Source: Candidatus Omnitrophota bacterium (GTDB lineage Bacteria; Omnitrophota; Gorgyraeia; Gygaellales; Profunditerraquicolaceae). From it: 64,000 bases of DNA. The DNA lies in the NCBI GenBank assembly GCA_041649385.1, contig JBAZNG010000001.1:3427-67426 (forward strand), written 5' to 3'. Shown in pieces: positions 45,070-53,856 of the stretch. Position 1 is the stretch's first letter; each line of letters begins with the position of its first letter. Both the position numbers and the translations under genes were made by a program. The notes below the pieces were generated by a model. The model was not told the DNA's origin, searched no databases, and worked only from the letters and a program-made list of their open reading frames with translations.

Positions 45070-46054
45070 TATCTTCCTGTATTTTGGGATTTTCTTTTAG
45101 GAATTTTATCGCCGCGTCCCTGCCCTGGCCTAACTTCTTATCTTCAAAGGAAAGCCATGTGCCGGATTTAGTGATCACGCCCAGGCTTACCGAAGCGTCG
45201 ATCACCGCGCCGGTTTTGGCAATACCCTCATTATGCATGATATCAAACTCTGCCTCGCGGAAAGGCGGAGCGACTTTATTCTTGACGACCCTGACCCTCA
45301 CATGGTTGCCGATAACCCTGTCGGCTTCTTTTAAGTAGGCGATCCTGCGCACATCAAGCCTTACGGAAGAATAGAACTTAAGCGCACGTCCCCCGGGAGT
45401 TGTCTCAGGCGAACCAAACATCACTCCGATCTTTTCCCTTAACTGGTTTATAAAGATCACCGTGGTGCGCGATTTGCTGATCGTGCCGGTCAACTTACGC
45501 AAAGCCTGGCTCATTAAACGCGCCTGTAACCCCATATGCGAATCACCCATCTCGCCTTCGATCTCTGCGCGCGGAGTCAAAGCAGCCACGGAATCCACGA
45601 CTACCAGGTCCACCGCATTAGAGCGCACAAGCGTTTCAGCGATCTCCAAAGCCTGCTCACCCGTATCCGGCTGAGAGATCAAAAGTTCATCTAAATTCAG
45701 ACCGATAATCTTAGCGTAAGTCGGGTCAAATGCATGCTCCGCGTCGATAAACGCGGCAACCCCGCCTTTTTTCTGTATCTCCCTGATTGCCGTTAAGGTC
45801 AGCGTAGTTTTACCCGATGCTTCAGGTCCGAATATCTCAATCACCCTGCCGCGCGGCAAACCGCCTACTCCAAGAGCAAGATCCAAAGTAAGCGCGCCTG
45901 TTGATATGGTCTCAACATTGGCTTTTGTATGCGAGCCTAACTTCATGATCGAACCCTTGCCAAACTGCTTCTCTATCTGCAGTAAAGCCAGTTCCAATGC
46001 CTTGCTGCGGTCAGATTGCTCTTTAACTTCTTCTTTTTTCTTTTCCACGACCAT
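45029..46054 (-). CDS. recA: recombinase RecA
   Basis: 341 aa, GPEASGKTT Walker A, L1/L2 loops. Confidence 0.97.
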   Translation of the reverse strand: MVVEKKKEEVKEQSDRSKALELALLQIEKQFGKGSIMKLGSHTKANVETISTGALTLDLALGVGGLPRGRVIEIFGPEASGKTTLTLTAIREIQKKGGVAAFIDAEHAFDPTYAKIIGLNLDELLISQPDTGEQALEIAETLVRSNAVDLVVVDSVAALTPRAEIEGEMGDSHMGLQARLMSQALRKLTGTISKSRTTVIFINQLREKIGVMFGSPETTPGGRALKFYSSVRLDVRRIAYLKEADRVIGNHVRVRVVKNKVAPPFREAEFDIMHNEGIAKTGAVIDASVSLGVITKSGTWLSFEDKKLGQGRDAAIKFLKENPKIQEDIEKESRKKFSLAE

Positions 46055-46091
46055 TTTTGCCTCCGATTTTATTAAAAGATTAGGGTTGTAT

Positions 46092-46120
46092 TATATCCTA
46101 GCCCACCGAGAGTGTCAAAC
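46092..46120 (-). promoter_or_regulatory. Consensus sigma70 promoter for recA (TTGACA-17-TATAAT) with GGAGG RBS
   Basis: Minus strand gtTTGACActctcggtgggctaggaTATAATac, about 40 nt upstream of recA ATG. Confidence 0.7.
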
Positions 46121-46205
46121 AATTAATCGCCTATAAAAAGGCTTTTTCCTCCTTTCACAAGCAATAGACGTATGTGCGCGCATTTTCTAACTCAACTTTA
46201 CCCTA

Positions 46206-46286
46206 GAAACAGTTTCCATCCCCAAGGGGAAACTGTTTTGATTCTAAAGGGGAAACTGTTTCCGCTTTAGATTGGAAACTGTTTCG
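46206..46286. promoter_or_regulatory. Array of four palindromic GGAAAC(W)GTTTCC operator-like sites spaced 23 bp apart
   Basis: gaaacagtttcc / ggggaaactgtttt / ggggaaactgtttcc / ggaaactgtttcg at centres 46211, 46234, 46257, 46280. Confidence 0.75.
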
Positions 46287-46320
46287 ATTTGAGATTTGGC
46301 GGGGAAAGCAGCTTACGAGA

Positions 46321-46349
46321 TTGACATTCGGGACAAAATATGGTAGATT
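46321..46349 (+). promoter_or_regulatory. sigma70 promoter TTGACA-17-TGgTAGATT (extended -10) giving a probable leaderless transcript for the GGDEF gene
   Basis: -10 ends 7 nt before the ATG at 46357; no Shine-Dalgarno. Confidence 0.6.
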
Positions 46350-46356
46350 TTACCCC

Positions 46357-47520
46357 ATGGATGAAACAGCCAGATTAAAACAGGAATTGGAGCGTTCAAA
46401 AACCGAGTTGGGGATACTCTATGAGATCTCTAATGCCATGCGCACAACGCTTAAGCTTGATGAGATCCTCTACATCATTCTGACAGGCGTGACCGCGCAT
46501 ACTGGCCTGGGATTTAACCGCGCGATGCTCTTTCTAGTCAATGAAAATGATAAGCTCGTGGAAGGCAAAATGGGCATTGGGCCGGAAAACGGCGAAGAAG
46601 CAAACTCCGCCTGGACCAAGATTGATGAAGAAAAAATGGACTTGGAGGACCTGATCAACGCCTTTAAAAACTCCAACAACTCCCTGGAATTAGGATTTAA
46701 CCGCCAGGTAAGGAATTTAAAGATTTCCCTGCTTGATAAAACGGATAACCCGATCAGCCTGGCTGTTTTAGAAGGCATGCCGCTGCATTTAACCTCGGAA
46801 ACCATGCAGAATTACTGCAACTCCCCGGTAATCAAAATGCTGCAAAGCAATGAAATGGTATTCATCCCCTTAAAAGCCAAAGACCGCGTAAACGGCGTGA
46901 TCATCGCGGACAATTTCATCACCAAAAAACCGATCACTAAAGACGACCTGCGTATGCTGATCATGCTGGCAAACCAGGCAGGCCTGGCAATTGAAAATTC
47001 GCAGCTATATGAAAAAACGGTTGACCGCGCCCACTCGGATTACCTGACCAACCTCTGGAACCATGGATATTTTCAATTCCTTTGGCAGACGGAAACTGAA
47101 AAAGCCCGCGCCACCCAGACTCCTTTAAGCCTAATTATGGTAGATATTGATGATTTCAAGGTTTACAACGATTCGCTTGGCCACCAGGCAGGAGACCGCA
47201 TCTTAAAGGAAATGGCTCAGATACTAAAGAATCAGTCGCGTAAAATTGATTTTGTCTGCCGTTATGGCGGAGAGGAATTTACGATCATCCTCCCGCAGAC
47301 CGATAAAAAAGAGGCTTTTATGATCGCTGAGCGCTTGAGGATGGATATAGAAAAACACACTTTTCTTAACGAAGAGATACTGCCGAACAAAAAACTTACC
47401 GTAAGCCTGGGGATAGCCACTTTCCCTGAGGATGGAACGCTCCCCGCCGAACTGATCACCTGCTCCGACAAACTGCTTTACCAGGCAAAAAGCAAAGGCA
47501 AGAATATAACCTGTTATTAA
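46357..47520 (+). CDS. GAF domain-containing diguanylate cyclase (GGEEF active site)
   Basis: GAF fold region then RYGGEEF GGDEF domain; ORF-track start at TTG 46321 rejected in favour of ATG 46357 (MDETARLKQ...). Confidence 0.85.
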   Translation: MDETARLKQELERSKTELGILYEISNAMRTTLKLDEILYIILTGVTAHTGLGFNRAMLFLVNENDKLVEGKMGIGPENGEEANSAWTKIDEEKMDLEDLINAFKNSNNSLELGFNRQVRNLKISLLDKTDNPISLAVLEGMPLHLTSETMQNYCNSPVIKMLQSNEMVFIPLKAKDRVNGVIIADNFITKKPITKDDLRMLIMLANQAGLAIENSQLYEKTVDRAHSDYLTNLWNHGYFQFLWQTETEKARATQTPLSLIMVDIDDFKVYNDSLGHQAGDRILKEMAQILKNQSRKIDFVCRYGGEEFTIILPQTDKKEAFMIAERLRMDIEKHTFLNEEILPNKKLTVSLGIATFPEDGTLPAELITCSDKLLYQAKSKGKNITCY

Positions 47521-47543
47521 ACTTGGCTCTTGTTTTTTCTCCG

Positions 47544-50500
47544 CTAAACCCCCGCGGCAACCGGCTCTTTTTGCGCTTGGTTCTGTGAGAATTTTACCGA
47601 AACTATCTTAGAAACTCCTGACTGCTGCATAGTGATGCCATACATGACATTGGCGTTGGCAATCGTCTTTTTATTATGCGTGATCACGATAAACTGCGAT
47701 GTCCTGGAGAACTCCTGCAGGATGCGCGAGAACCTGTCTACATTGGCTTCATCAAGAGCAGCGTCAATCTCATCAAGTATGCAGAATGGCGAAGGCTTAA
47801 CCTTAAAAATAGCGAAGATCAGCGCGATCGCCGACATGCTCTTTTCTCCTCCGGACAATAACAAAACATTCTGCAGTTTCTTTCCCGGAGGCCGGCAGAT
47901 GATCTCAATACCGGATTCTAAAGGATCCGACTCATCGGTCAAGAATACCTGCGCGTCTCCGCCGTTAAAAAGCAGGCGGAAGTAATTACGGAACTCTACT
48001 TTCACCTTCTCAAATGTATCCATGAACATCTGTTTTGTCGTCCGGTTGATCTTTAAGATCGCCTGGTGCAGCGATTCTTTGGCGCTATTTAAATCTGTCT
48101 GCTGCTGAATGAGAAAATCGTAGCGCTGCTTAAGCTCATCATACTCCTCTATGGCGACTAAATTCACCGAGCCGTAGGAATCCAGCTTCTCCTTAAGCTT
48201 TGTTATCTCCCCATTCAAAACCTGCCTGTCTTGCTGCTGCACATTGAGAATCTGCGTATCCAGGTCGACTTTATAGCTGTTTTGCATCCGCTCCTTGATA
48301 TTGGTGTAGCGGTAATCCACATCCTTATCCTGCATCTGGAGATCATGCAGCTGGGATTTAATCAGGTCCATCTCTTTACGGCCAGCCTCTATTTTTCTTG
48401 CTGCTTCCACGGTAGAGCTGGATATCTGTTCATATTCGGCGTCCATCACGGTTAATTTTTCTTTATTCTCAAGGATATCCTTGGTTGCCTGTTCCTTATT
48501 CTTCTGGCATTCTACGATCTCGGCTTTCAGTGTTTCCTGAAGCGCATTTCCGTCAGTAATCTGCCGCTGAATATGCTCAAGCGCTTCCTCATCCTGCGTA
48601 CAAGTCTCCTGAATAATCTTTAAAGTCGCCGCGTCTGAACTTAAACGCCTGGTCAAGGCCTCGATCTCCGTCTTAGTCTGCGTGATCACAACCAAAACAT
48701 CTTCTCTTAACTTGCTTTTTAAAGAAATCACGTCCTCATCCTGCAGGATCTGGTCTTCGATCTGCCTCTGCTTGCTGCTCAAGGCAGTAAGCCTGGATTG
48801 AGCGTCAACAAGGTTCTGCTCCAATACAGAGATCTCGCGGGATACATCGCCTAACTCCATGACAATGACATCCTCTTCTTCCTTGATCTTATTGAATTGC
48901 TCGGATATCGCCGCGAAACTTGACTCCTTGTTCGCCAGAGAGATCTCCTGGTTGCGCAGGTCCTGGCCGAGGCTTTCGGCCATCTTGGACAATTCAGATA
49001 TACAGCTTTCCCTCAATACCTTCTTGTTCCTCAATTCACCCAGGCGCTCCTCCAGATCCTTGATCTTCTCGTCGATCCTGGTTGTGTCCAACTCTATGGG
49101 CTTGGCTTCCCCGCTTAATTTAAACCCCTCGCCGCTTCTTTCAGTATCACCGAATGAAGAACTGACTTTGACCACCAGGCCGGAAACAGTATCCCGGGGC
49201 ATTTTATCAAGGTAGATCACGGCATTCAGCGCCGGGCCTATATCATCATATTTATTTTTCAGCTTCTCCAGGAACTCTTTATGAGAAGCCAAAGTAAGCT
49301 TTTCATTCTCCAGCGCCGAGATCTCCGTATTGATCGTATTTAAATTTATGCCTTCCTGGTCAAGATTTTCCTTTACCTTGGCGATCCTGGAATTTAACTC
49401 ATCAAGTGCCAGCTTAACCGTTTCCAGCTCAAGGCTGACCTTCTTGAAATTCTCCTCGGTGATAGCCTTCTCTTCAAAAACCTTGGCTTTCTCGATCGCC
49501 AGGCGCTTCTTACGCGCCAGGTAAACCTGGTGCTTGGAATTGATATCTCCGATCTCGTTCTTTGCCGCGGCGACTTGAGAAGCCAAATCCAGGATAGTCT
49601 TTTTGCCCTCAACGATCGCCTCAAGCAGGCCTTTGATCGTGACGCTAATCGCGTTGATCTCTTCTTCTTTCTGCGCCAGAGTGATATTCTTCTCCTCGCT
49701 AACCTGCTGGATGCTATCGTGTTCGGCTTTTACTTTTTCCAGTTTTTCCTGATCCTGCAATAACTTGGCTTTAGCCTGTTCGATTTGGCTGTTCAAGATC
49801 TCCCGGCTGGCGTTGATCTCGGCGATCCTGTCCTCGTCAAACTTGATATGCTCATCATTGCGTACCAGGCTGTTTTCCAGGTTCAACACCTGGCCCTTTA
49901 AAGCCATCATCTTCTCTTCAAATTCTTTAAGCTCGGACTGGCGGTTAGAGATCTTCTCTTCCTGCTGCCGGATAGTTTCCAAAAGGGAATTCTGGCTCTG
50001 TTCAAGGCCTGAAATAGAGTTGACCAGTTCCTCTTTTTGTTTAAGCAAATCTGTCTTTTCCAGGAGTGCGGAATCAATCTCTTTGGTTTTCAGCTCTTCA
50101 AAGACTTCTTTGTACCTGCGCGCCTTGTTCGCCTGGCGCTCTAAACTTCCGATCTGGCGTTTGACTTCAACGACAATGTCATTTACGCGCAAAAGATTCT
50201 GCTGCGTTTCTTCCAATTTACGCATTGTTTCCCTCTTTTGCGCTTTATACCTTGTAATACCGCTTGCTTCGTCAAAAACTAACCTACGGTCATCGGGCCG
50301 CGAGCTTAACACAAGGTCGATCTTGCCCTGCGCAACTATAGAGTAACTCTCTGCACCGATACCCGTGCCAAGCAACAGATCCAGTATATCCTTAAGCCGC
50401 ACAGTCGACTTATTGATCATGTATTCGCTTTCACCTGAACGAAATATCCTGCGGGTGATCACCAACTCCGGATGGTCAATATTAAAAAACCGGTTCTGGT

Positions 50501-50756
50501 TATCAAAAGAAAGGCTCACTTCTGCCATGCTCAACGGCTCTTTATTGTCGGCGCCGTTAAAAATGACATCCAGCATCTCTGAACCGCGCAAAGACTTTGC
50601 GGATTGCTCGCCAAGCACCCAGCGTATGGAATCAAAAATATTGCTTTTACCGCAGCCGTTAGGGCCGACTACGGCGGTAATCCCCGGCTCAAACTCAAGG
50701 ACTGTTTTTTCGCAGAAAGACTTAAAACCTACAAGCTCAAGTTTTTTAAAATACAT
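47544..50756 (-). CDS. smc: chromosome segregation protein SMC
   Basis: 1070 aa, Walker A GPNGCGKSN, long coiled coils, hinge, signature LSGGEKS and Walker B. Confidence 0.95.
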   Translation of the reverse strand: MYFKKLELVGFKSFCEKTVLEFEPGITAVVGPNGCGKSNIFDSIRWVLGEQSAKSLRGSEMLDVIFNGADNKEPLSMAEVSLSFDNQNRFFNIDHPELVITRRIFRSGESEYMINKSTVRLKDILDLLLGTGIGAESYSIVAQGKIDLVLSSRPDDRRLVFDEASGITRYKAQKRETMRKLEETQQNLLRVNDIVVEVKRQIGSLERQANKARRYKEVFEELKTKEIDSALLEKTDLLKQKEELVNSISGLEQSQNSLLETIRQQEEKISNRQSELKEFEEKMMALKGQVLNLENSLVRNDEHIKFDEDRIAEINASREILNSQIEQAKAKLLQDQEKLEKVKAEHDSIQQVSEEKNITLAQKEEEINAISVTIKGLLEAIVEGKKTILDLASQVAAAKNEIGDINSKHQVYLARKKRLAIEKAKVFEEKAITEENFKKVSLELETVKLALDELNSRIAKVKENLDQEGINLNTINTEISALENEKLTLASHKEFLEKLKNKYDDIGPALNAVIYLDKMPRDTVSGLVVKVSSSFGDTERSGEGFKLSGEAKPIELDTTRIDEKIKDLEERLGELRNKKVLRESCISELSKMAESLGQDLRNQEISLANKESSFAAISEQFNKIKEEEDVIVMELGDVSREISVLEQNLVDAQSRLTALSSKQRQIEDQILQDEDVISLKSKLREDVLVVITQTKTEIEALTRRLSSDAATLKIIQETCTQDEEALEHIQRQITDGNALQETLKAEIVECQKNKEQATKDILENKEKLTVMDAEYEQISSSTVEAARKIEAGRKEMDLIKSQLHDLQMQDKDVDYRYTNIKERMQNSYKVDLDTQILNVQQQDRQVLNGEITKLKEKLDSYGSVNLVAIEEYDELKQRYDFLIQQQTDLNSAKESLHQAILKINRTTKQMFMDTFEKVKVEFRNYFRLLFNGGDAQVFLTDESDPLESGIEIICRPPGKKLQNVLLLSGGEKSMSAIALIFAIFKVKPSPFCILDEIDAALDEANVDRFSRILQEFSRTSQFIVITHNKKTIANANVMYGITMQQSGVSKIVSVKFSQNQAQKEPVAAGV

Positions 50757-50814
50757 TCATCTTCCTCCAATTCTCTGCATCTATTATATTTTAACTTGCT
50801 AAATTTATCTTTTG

Positions 50815-50863
50815 CTTTTCCCTACATTCTACCTGCCATCTACTACCTACCCCCTAATCTGTA
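50815..50863. repeat. CTAC-rich intergenic repeat, copy 4
   Basis: ttttccctacattctacctgccatctactacctaccccctaatctgtacta between HTH gene and smc. Confidence 0.85.
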
Positions 50864-51049
50864 CTAATGAGCTTGGTTCTCCAGCCACGCATCAATTTTA
50901 TCTTTTTTAAAACGCCACTGCCCGACGAGCTTTAGCGCCGGTATCTTATTATGTTTAAGCCAGTCATAGATCGTCCTACGGGTCACTTTCAGGTAATCCG
51001 CCAGATCCTCTATTGTCATCAAGTTTGCATTGACCATTATTCTCTCCAA
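50864..51049 (-). CDS. excisionase-family helix-turn-helix DNA-binding protein (61 aa, TTG start)
   Basis: MTIEDLADYLKVTRRTIYDWLKHNKIPALKLVGQWRF matches the excisionase/MerR-superfamily HTH_17 pattern. Confidence 0.75.
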   Translation of the reverse strand: MERIMVNANLMTIEDLADYLKVTRRTIYDWLKHNKIPALKLVGQWRFKKDKIDAWLENQAH

Positions 51050-51168
51050 ATATTATGTTTGCATTATAAATAGTAAAATAATATTTGTCAAGAGAATATT
51101 TACATTCTTTAACATATGTTATCAAATTAGTATGATAATAGACACATTGATACATAAACATACATAAA

Positions 51169-51300
51169 ACCCAGACCGTTTCTATATAACTATCTGGGAT
51201 ATATGTAGATATAGCAGAACTGTCCCCGAATGATACAATGGGGACAGTTCTATCATAACTTAAGTCATACCAATATGATAAATAGAAACGGTCTAGATTG
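51169..51300. repeat. Nested palindromic (MITE-like) element: outer IR AGACCGTTTCTAT / ATAGAAACGGTCT enclosing 12 bp stem hairpin agaactgtcccc-N12-ggggacagttct
   Basis: Seen directly; right half duplicated at 51718-51777. Confidence 0.7.
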
Positions 51301-51303
51301 GCG

Positions 51304-51714
51304 TTACAGAGGAGTAAGAATACCGCCGGTTGAGGCTGTATAAGTAACATTACCGGTTGTGCCCAGGGTTACCGGTGAAGCGACAAATGTGTAGCCGGTT
51401 ATATCCGCGGTACAACTGTAGTTATAACCCTGTATCTGCGTCTGGCTGCCGGAAGCATCAGCGCAATAGTTGGGGGCGGAGTTGATAAAACTCTGCAGCT
51501 CAAAAACAGTGACCGGATAATGCCCTAAAGAAACTGAAGCGGTTTCCGCCGCATTGGCCAGCGAACGAATATTGCCTTTTGCTGCTGCTTCATTAGCAGC
51601 CCTCTTCATAGCGATCAGGTTTGGAATAGCAATAGCGGCAAGCAGGGAAATAATTCCCACAACAATCAATATCTCCACTAAAGTAAAGCCTTTGCTTTGA
51701 GCAAGCTTAGCCAT
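51304..51714 (-). CDS. type IV pilin / pseudopilin with class III signal peptide (G|FTLVEIL)
   Basis: MAKLAQSKGFTLVEILIVVGIISLLAAIAIPNL N-terminal methylation motif, Thr/Gly-rich C-terminal beta domain. Confidence 0.85.
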   Translation of the reverse strand: MAKLAQSKGFTLVEILIVVGIISLLAAIAIPNLIAMKRAANEAAAKGNIRSLANAAETASVSLGHYPVTVFELQSFINSAPNYCADASGSQTQIQGYNYSCTADITGYTFVASPVTLGTTGNVTYTASTGGILTPL

Positions 51715-51717
51715 AAA

Positions 51718-51777
51718 GGGGACACTTCTATTCTAACTTATTCCATACCAATGAGATAGATAGAAACGGTCTAGATT
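51718..51777. repeat. 60 bp direct repeat of the right half of the 51169-51300 element (about 87% identical), immediately upstream of pilin ATG
   Basis: ggggacacttctattctaacttattccataccaatgagatagatagaaacggtctagatt vs 51241-51300. Confidence 0.75.
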
Positions 51778-52978
51778 ATTTTCTGAGCGCCTCTTTGAAG
51801 GCTTTGGTTAAGGCAGGGACAACCTCAAAAAGGTCTCCGACTATCCCGTATGTAGCCACTTTAAATATAGGTGCCTCGGGATCTTTATTGATCGCCACAA
51901 TGATCTTGGAAGACTGCATGCCCACAAGATGCTGGATCTGGCCGGAAATACCACAGGCAAAATATATCTTCGGCCCGACTGTGCGTCCGGTTTGGCCTAC
52001 CTGGTGCGAATATGGCATCCATCCTGAATCAACCGCTGCGCGGCTTGAACCCACAGCTGCTCCTAAAACATGCGCCAGCTCCTCAAGTATCTTGAAATTT
52101 TCATGATTGGCCATACCGCGGCCTCCGGAAACAATGATATCCGCTTCAGAAAGGTTCACCGTAGATTCGATCTCTTCAACAATATCCAGTAATTTAGTAC
52201 GGGAAAAATAAAGTGATTTGTCAAAACTTTCACGGATTATTTTACCTTTGCGTTTTTTATCAGCTGGCAAAGGCGTAAAAACTTTATGCCTGACAGTAGC
52301 CATCTGCGGGCGGTAATTCGGCGAGATTATCGTCGCCATAATATTGCCGCCAAAAGCCGGGCGCGTCTGCAGTAATATTTTCTTTGTTTCATCAATATCT
52401 AAACCCGTGCAATCCGCGGTAAGCCCAGCCTTGATATTAATGGCCACCCGTGAGATCAAAGACCTACCTATGTTAGTTGCCCCGCATAAAAATATCTCCG
52501 GTTTATATTTCTTGATCAGTTCAACAAGAATATTAGTGTAAGGCTCATCCTGGAAATTCGCCAGCTCCGGCGCTTCAACCAGGTAAATATTATCCGCGCC
52601 GCAGAAAGTTAGTTCATCAAGCTGGTCCTCAAGTTTATCCCCGATCAGAACGCCGCTTACCTGGCAATTAAGTTTCTTGGCTAATTCCTGCGCCTTGCCG
52701 AGCAACTCATAAGAAACTGACTGCACCCTGCCGTTCTTCTGCTCAATGAACACCCAGATGCCTTTATGATCTTTGATATCCGGCAACTCACACTTAGCAG
52801 GAGTTTTCTCTAAAATGATCGCCTTGAATTTACAGGCATCCTTGCAGGCTCCGCAAAGCGTGCATTTATTCAGGTCTATCATCGCCTTTTTGTCCATCAT
52901 GCGAATGGCATCAAACGGACAGGCCTTAAAACATAATGTACAACCGGTGCACTTCTCAATAATGATCTGTATAGACAT
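51776..52978 (-). CDS. etfA: electron transfer flavoprotein alpha subunit with N-terminal 2x[4Fe-4S] ferredoxin domain
   Basis: CTGCTLCFKACP and CTLCGACKDAC clusters followed by EtfA FAD-binding domain. Confidence 0.88.
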   Translation of the reverse strand: MSIQIIIEKCTGCTLCFKACPFDAIRMMDKKAMIDLNKCTLCGACKDACKFKAIILEKTPAKCELPDIKDHKGIWVFIEQKNGRVQSVSYELLGKAQELAKKLNCQVSGVLIGDKLEDQLDELTFCGADNIYLVEAPELANFQDEPYTNILVELIKKYKPEIFLCGATNIGRSLISRVAINIKAGLTADCTGLDIDETKKILLQTRPAFGGNIMATIISPNYRPQMATVRHKVFTPLPADKKRKGKIIRESFDKSLYFSRTKLLDIVEEIESTVNLSEADIIVSGGRGMANHENFKILEELAHVLGAAVGSSRAAVDSGWMPYSHQVGQTGRTVGPKIYFACGISGQIQHLVGMQSSKIIVAINKDPEAPIFKVATYGIVGDLFEVVPALTKAFKEALRK

Positions 52979-52980
52979 AT

Positions 52981-53763
52981 CTAGTTAACCTCGTTCTTGA
53001 TCAAAGAAACCAGTTCTTTAGCGATTTCCACTGTTTCACCCTTTAATATCTGTCCGCCGGTCCTCTGGGCAGGCGTGAATATCTTGACTACCTGTGTAGG
53101 CGAACCGCATAAGCCGATCTGCTGCGGATCAAGGTTTAAATCCTTCTGGCCCCAGGTAACGATCTTAGCGCTTTTTGAACGCATCATACCTTTTAAAGAA
53201 GGTATACGCGGTTCATTGATCTCCTTGACTACTGTAAGTAAAGCCGGAAGCGGGGTTTCAATGATCTCAAAGCCTTCTTCAAGCATTCTTTCAACGCGCA
53301 TGGATTTATCCGTTGCTTCCTCAACTTTCTTCACATAAGTTACTTGAGGGATATTCAAGTGCGTGGATATGCCCGGCCCGACCTGCGCGGTATCTCCGTC
53401 TGAAGCCTGTTTGCCGCAGATCACCAGGTCATATGCGCCGATCTTTTTTATCGCCCCGGCCAAAGTATAACTTGTCGCCCAGGTATCGCTGCCGGCAAAA
53501 GCGCGGTCGCAGATAAGGAAACCCTCATCAGCTCCCATGGATATTGCCTCACGCAAAGCCGCGTCAGCCTGCGGAGGCCCCATAGAGATTATGGAGACTT
53601 TTCCGCCAAACCTCTCCTTTAGGCGCACCGCTTCCTCAATCGCGTACATATCAAAAGGGTTAATTATTGATTTGACCCCTTCGCGGATAAGCGTATTTGT
53701 TTCAGGATTAATCCTCACCTCTGTTGTCTCTGGTACCTGTTTGATGCAAACAATTATATTCAT
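52981..53763 (-). CDS. etfB: electron transfer flavoprotein beta subunit
   Basis: 260 aa EtfB. Confidence 0.9.
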   Translation of the reverse strand: MNIIVCIKQVPETTEVRINPETNTLIREGVKSIINPFDMYAIEEAVRLKERFGGKVSIISMGPPQADAALREAISMGADEGFLICDRAFAGSDTWATSYTLAGAIKKIGAYDLVICGKQASDGDTAQVGPGISTHLNIPQVTYVKKVEEATDKSMRVERMLEEGFEIIETPLPALLTVVKEINEPRIPSLKGMMRSKSAKIVTWGQKDLNLDPQQIGLCGSPTQVVKIFTPAQRTGGQILKGETVEIAKELVSLIKNEVN

Positions 53764-53767
53764 TCTT

Positions 53768-53856
53768 AATAGCCCTTTTAGGTTCTGGGTTCTAGGTTAT
53801 AGGTTCTGGTTTTTCCTACATTCTACCTACTATCTACTACCTACCCTCTATTAACT
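53768..53856. repeat. CTAC-rich intergenic repeat, copy 5 (longest AGGTTCT heptad run)
   Basis: ttaggttctgggttctaggttataggttctggtttttcctacattctacctactatctactacctaccctctattaactacttag. Confidence 0.85.

Noticed and set aside
46321-46356. TTG-initiated N-terminal extension of the GGDEF ORF (MTFGTKYGRFYP)
   Set aside because: The TTG is the -35 hexamer TTGACA of a well-spaced promoter; the downstream ATG at 46357 is the more plausible (leaderless) start.
50815-50870. One-base inconsistency between my reading of the printed sequence and the ORF-track frame of the 61 aa HTH protein near its stop codon
   Set aside because: Probably a transcription slip on my part. Coordinates for small features near here should be treated as accurate to within 1 nt; it does not affect any call.
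50976-51350. 124 aa minus-strand ORF spanning the AT-rich island
   Set aside because: Overlaps both the HTH gene and the pilin gene in other frames. Its Tyr/Asn/Ile-rich composition simply reflects the AT-rich, repeat-filled intergenic DNA.
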